Origin: an uncultured delta proteobacterium
Lineage (GTDB): Bacteria > Desulfobacterota > Binatia > HRBIN30 > BPIQ01
Length of the DNA stretch: 64,000 bases
Direction of reading: 5' to 3'
NCBI GenBank assembly: GCA_963761335.1
Contig: CAVXGR010000011.1
Span: forward strand, 128,001-192,000
This document shows positions 61,340 to 64,000 of the stretch, piece by piece. The translations under genes and the position numbers were made by a program. The notes below the pieces were generated by a model that saw only the letters and a list, made by a program, of their open reading frames with translations, was not told where the DNA came from and did no database searches. How positions within the stretch are numbered: the first letter of the stretch is position 1; every line of letters starts with the position of its first letter.

Positions 61340-62392
61340 TCAGGCCGGGTAGGTACGGATCTCGGCGGCCTTGACCGTCGTCCACACCTCGCCGCCCACC
61401 TCGATACCGAGCTCGGCGACCGCGGCGGCGGTGACCTCGGCGACGATGGTCAAGTCGGCGCGCACCCGAACGCGCACCCAGCTGCCCTCGCGGTCGATGC
61501 CTTCGACGATTGCGCACCAGACATTGCGCGGCGAGCCCTCGGGACGGGCGCGGTGCAGCGCCACGGCGCGGGGGTGGATGATGGCGAAGAGCTCGCCCGC
61601 GCCCGCGCCGGGAACCACCAGAGTGCCGCCTCCTTCCACCTCGACGAGGTCACCGCGGCCGCGGGCGCGGAAGAGGTTGACGCCGGCGAGATCGGCGACG
61701 TAGCGAGATCGCGGCATCGCCGTAACCTCCACCGGCGTGCCCTGCTGCGTCACGCGTCCGCCCTCGAGCACGATGATGCGGTGGGCCAGGCTGATCGCCT
61801 CGATCGGATCGTGGGTCACCAGCAGGCGGACCCCGGGGAAGGCGGCGAGGTGGCGCCGCAGGTCGCGGCGAACCTCGGCGCGACTACCGGCATCGAGCGC
61901 CGCCAGCGGCTCGTCGAGCAGCAGCAGGAGCGGCTCGATCGCCAGCGCCCGGGCAATGGCGACGCGCTGCTGCTGCCCGCCCGAGAGCGCCGCCGGCCGC
62001 AAGCCGGACTTCTCGGCGACGCCGAGTCGCTCGAGCCACCGGCGCGCCGTCTGCCGCGCCGCCCGGCGCGGCATGCTGCGGCAGCGCAGGCCGAAGGCGA
62101 CGTTCTCCAGGGCGCTGAGATGGGGGAAGAGGCGATAGTCCTGGTAGACGAGGCCGATGGAACGGCGCTCCGGTGGTACCCAAACGCCGCGGGCGCAATC
62201 CTCCACGACCTCGCCGTCGAGCGCCACCCGACCGCGGCGCAGCGGCACCAGTCCGGCGAGAGCGCGCAGCAGTGTCGTCTTGCCGGCACCGTTGGGGCCG
62301 AGCACGGCGACCGTTTCGCCGGCCGAGACGCAGAGATCGAAGACCAGATCGAGATCGCCGAGCCGCAGCTCCAGGGACGCCTCGAGGCTCAT
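61340..62392 (-). CDS. modC: Molybdate ABC transporter ATP-binding protein with TOBE domain
   Basis: Motifs GPNGAGKT, LSGGQQQR, LLLDEP and GSPRN...AEVT..AVAELGI. Confidence 0.88.
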   Translation of the reverse strand: MSLEASLELRLGDLDLVFDLCVSAGETVAVLGPNGAGKTTLLRALAGLVPLRRGRVALDGEVVEDCARGVWVPPERRSIGLVYQDYRLFPHLSALENVAFGLRCRSMPRRAARQTARRWLERLGVAEKSGLRPAALSGGQQQRVAIARALAIEPLLLLLDEPLAALDAGSRAEVRRDLRRHLAAFPGVRLLVTHDPIEAISLAHRIIVLEGGRVTQQGTPVEVTAMPRSRYVADLAGVNLFRARGRGDLVEVEGGGTLVVPGAGAGELFAIIHPRAVALHRARPEGSPRNVWCAIVEGIDREGSWVRVRVRADLTIVAEVTAAAVAELGIEVGGEVWTTVKAAEIRTYPA

Positions 62393-63204
62393 AGCGCCCC
62401 CAGCCATCGATGCCGCAGCGCCACCAAGACGAGCAGCGACACCACCAGGAGGATCAGGCTCAGGACGATCCCCGATTCCGGGCGGCTCTCCAGCGCCAGG
62501 TAGACGGCGAGCGGCATCGTCTGTGTGCGCCCGGGGAAGTTGCCGGCGAAGGTGATGGTGGCGCCGAACTCACCCAGCGCCCGCGCCCAGCAGAGCACCG
62601 CGCCGGCGGCCAGTGAGGGCCGCAGCAGGGGCAGGATGACCCGCCAGAAGACCGTGGACGGCGACGCCCCGAGGCTGCGCGCCGCCTCCTCGAGGCGACG
62701 GTCCATCGAGCGAAAGCCGCTCTCGGCGCTGAGCACGAAGAAGGGCATGGCGACGAAGGTCTCCGCCAGAACCGCACCGGCAGTGGTGAACGGCAGGCGG
62801 ATGCCGAAGAAGTGGTCGAGCCAAAAGCCGATGAGGCCGCGCCGCCCGAAGGCCAGCAGCAGGGCCACTCCTCCGACCACCGGGGGCAGAACTACCGGAA
62901 GGGTGGTGAGCGCGCGGACGAGACTGCGCCCGCGGAACTGGCCGCGCGCCTGCACCCAAGCCAGGGGCAGGCCGAGGGCGATGGACAATACGGTGGCCGA
63001 AAGGGAGCAGATCACCGAAAGGCGCAGGGCCGTATGGGTCTCCGGCGACGCCAGCACGGCGAGCGTCTCGTCCCACGGATTGCGCCACAGAAGCCCGAGC
63101 AGAGGTAGCGCGAACAGGCCGAGGCCCACGGCGGCCAGCCCCACGGCGACGGCCGGCATCCGCTGTCGCGGGGCGGCGGATCTCGCCGCCGGCGCGGCGC
63201 TCAT
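62389..63204 (-). CDS. modB: Molybdate ABC transporter permease
   Basis: Motifs LPVVLPPVVGG, EEAARSLGA and WARALGEFGATITFAGN. Confidence 0.92.
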   Translation of the reverse strand: MSAAPAARSAAPRQRMPAVAVGLAAVGLGLFALPLLGLLWRNPWDETLAVLASPETHTALRLSVICSLSATVLSIALGLPLAWVQARGQFRGRSLVRALTTLPVVLPPVVGGVALLLAFGRRGLIGFWLDHFFGIRLPFTTAGAVLAETFVAMPFFVLSAESGFRSMDRRLEEAARSLGASPSTVFWRVILPLLRPSLAAGAVLCWARALGEFGATITFAGNFPGRTQTMPLAVYLALESRPESGIVLSLILLVVSLLVLVALRHRWLGAL

Positions 63205-63980
63205 GGCGGCAGAAATCCGTAGCGCGCCAGCACCTGCCGCCCTTTCTCCGAGAGCACGAACTCGATGAAGCGCTGCGCCAGCATGGGGTGGGGTGCCTCT
63301 TTCAGAACCGCGATCGGGTAGTGGGCAACGACATCGTGCCCGGGAGGGATCTCGATCCCCTGAACCCGCTCGCCGGCGGCGTGGATGTCGGTCGCGTAGA
63401 CCACGCCGGCATCGGCTTCGCCGAGGGCCACCTTGGTCAGAACCGCCTTCACGTCCGTCTCCTGACTGGCCTGCGGAAGAGGCAGCCCGGCGCGGGCAAA
63501 TGCCTCGGCGGTATAGCGCCCCACCGGCACGGTCGGCCCGCCGAGCACCACGGTGCGGCCGCCGGCGGCCAGATCGGCGAGCCCGCTGATGTGTCCAGGA
63601 TTCCCGGGCTGTACGGCGATCTCCAGACGATTGGCGGCAAACAGCCGCGACCCGCCGGCGAGCGCCCCGCCTTCGGCGAGCTCTCGCATGTGCTCCTCGT
63701 CCGCCGAGGCGAAGACGTCCCCGGCGGCCCCTTCGCGGATCTGCTGGACCAGCGTCTGCGACCCGGCGAGGTTCAGGCGCACCTCAACGTGCGGATGAGC
63801 GCGCCCGAAGTCGCCAGCGAGGGCGCGAAAGGCATCGGTGAGGGAGGCCGCGGCAAACACCGCCAGCACTCCCGAGATGTCGACCGCCGGGCGAGTGGGC
63901 GCCGCCACCTGCGCCCCGGCGGCAGCCGGCAGCGCGGCAACGATCAGCTGCAGGGCGAGGCGGTTAAAGGCGCGAATCAT
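63201..63980 (-). CDS. modA: Molybdate ABC transporter substrate-binding protein
   Basis: Motifs VFAAASLTDAF, AGSQTL, DVFASAD, VPVGRY and GEADAGVVYATD. Confidence 0.92.
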   Translation of the reverse strand: MIRAFNRLALQLIVAALPAAAGAQVAAPTRPAVDISGVLAVFAAASLTDAFRALAGDFGRAHPHVEVRLNLAGSQTLVQQIREGAAGDVFASADEEHMRELAEGGALAGGSRLFAANRLEIAVQPGNPGHISGLADLAAGGRTVVLGGPTVPVGRYTAEAFARAGLPLPQASQETDVKAVLTKVALGEADAGVVYATDIHAAGERVQGIEIPPGHDVVAHYPIAVLKEAPHPMLAQRFIEFVLSEKGRQVLARYGFLPP

Positions 63981-64000
63981 GTGCTCCGGCGTCCGATGGC

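Overview
This is a GC-rich bacterial chromosomal window. The Thr/Pro-linker, dockerin-like and Cys-rich secreted proteins suggest a deltaproteobacteria-like or Binatia-like lineage, which is an inference. Most genes are housekeeping or transport genes: fbaB-glpX-M20 peptidase, hemD, recQ, APS reductase (cysH), a yejAB operon with a fused yejE-yejF, a sulfite/nitrite reductase, msrPQ, a 10-11-gene Mrp/Mbh-type antiporter operon, gltX, tRNA-Glu/tRNA-Gln, norR and ric, an STT3/AglB-like membrane glycosyltransferase, glnS, a GT39-PA14 protein, a secreted S1 protease and modABC. The main accessory feature is a ~7.6-kb phage-satellite-like integrative element (40394-48053) in the 3' end of tRNA-Glu(CTC), bounded by perfect 28-bp direct repeats. 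It encodes a tyrosine integrase, two Xis/AlpA-type HTH proteins, a DUF3854/DUF927-like primase-helicase followed by a GGGCAAC iteron cluster, a serine recombinase and small cargo genes, and no capsid genes. The att core lies inside the integrase reading frame, so excision would swap the integrase C-terminus (4 aa to 36 aa). Identical 16-bp candidate arm sites lie near both att copies. Between the MFS gene and gltX is a higher-order tandem array of four ~222-bp hairpin-forming units interleaved with a copied piece of the MFS gene's 3' end. Several families of palindromic intergenic repeats (GTAG-REP doublets, 48-bp TIR elements, a 34-bp perfect inverted repeat) are scattered through the window. 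All product calls come from motif recognition by eye; no database searches were run.
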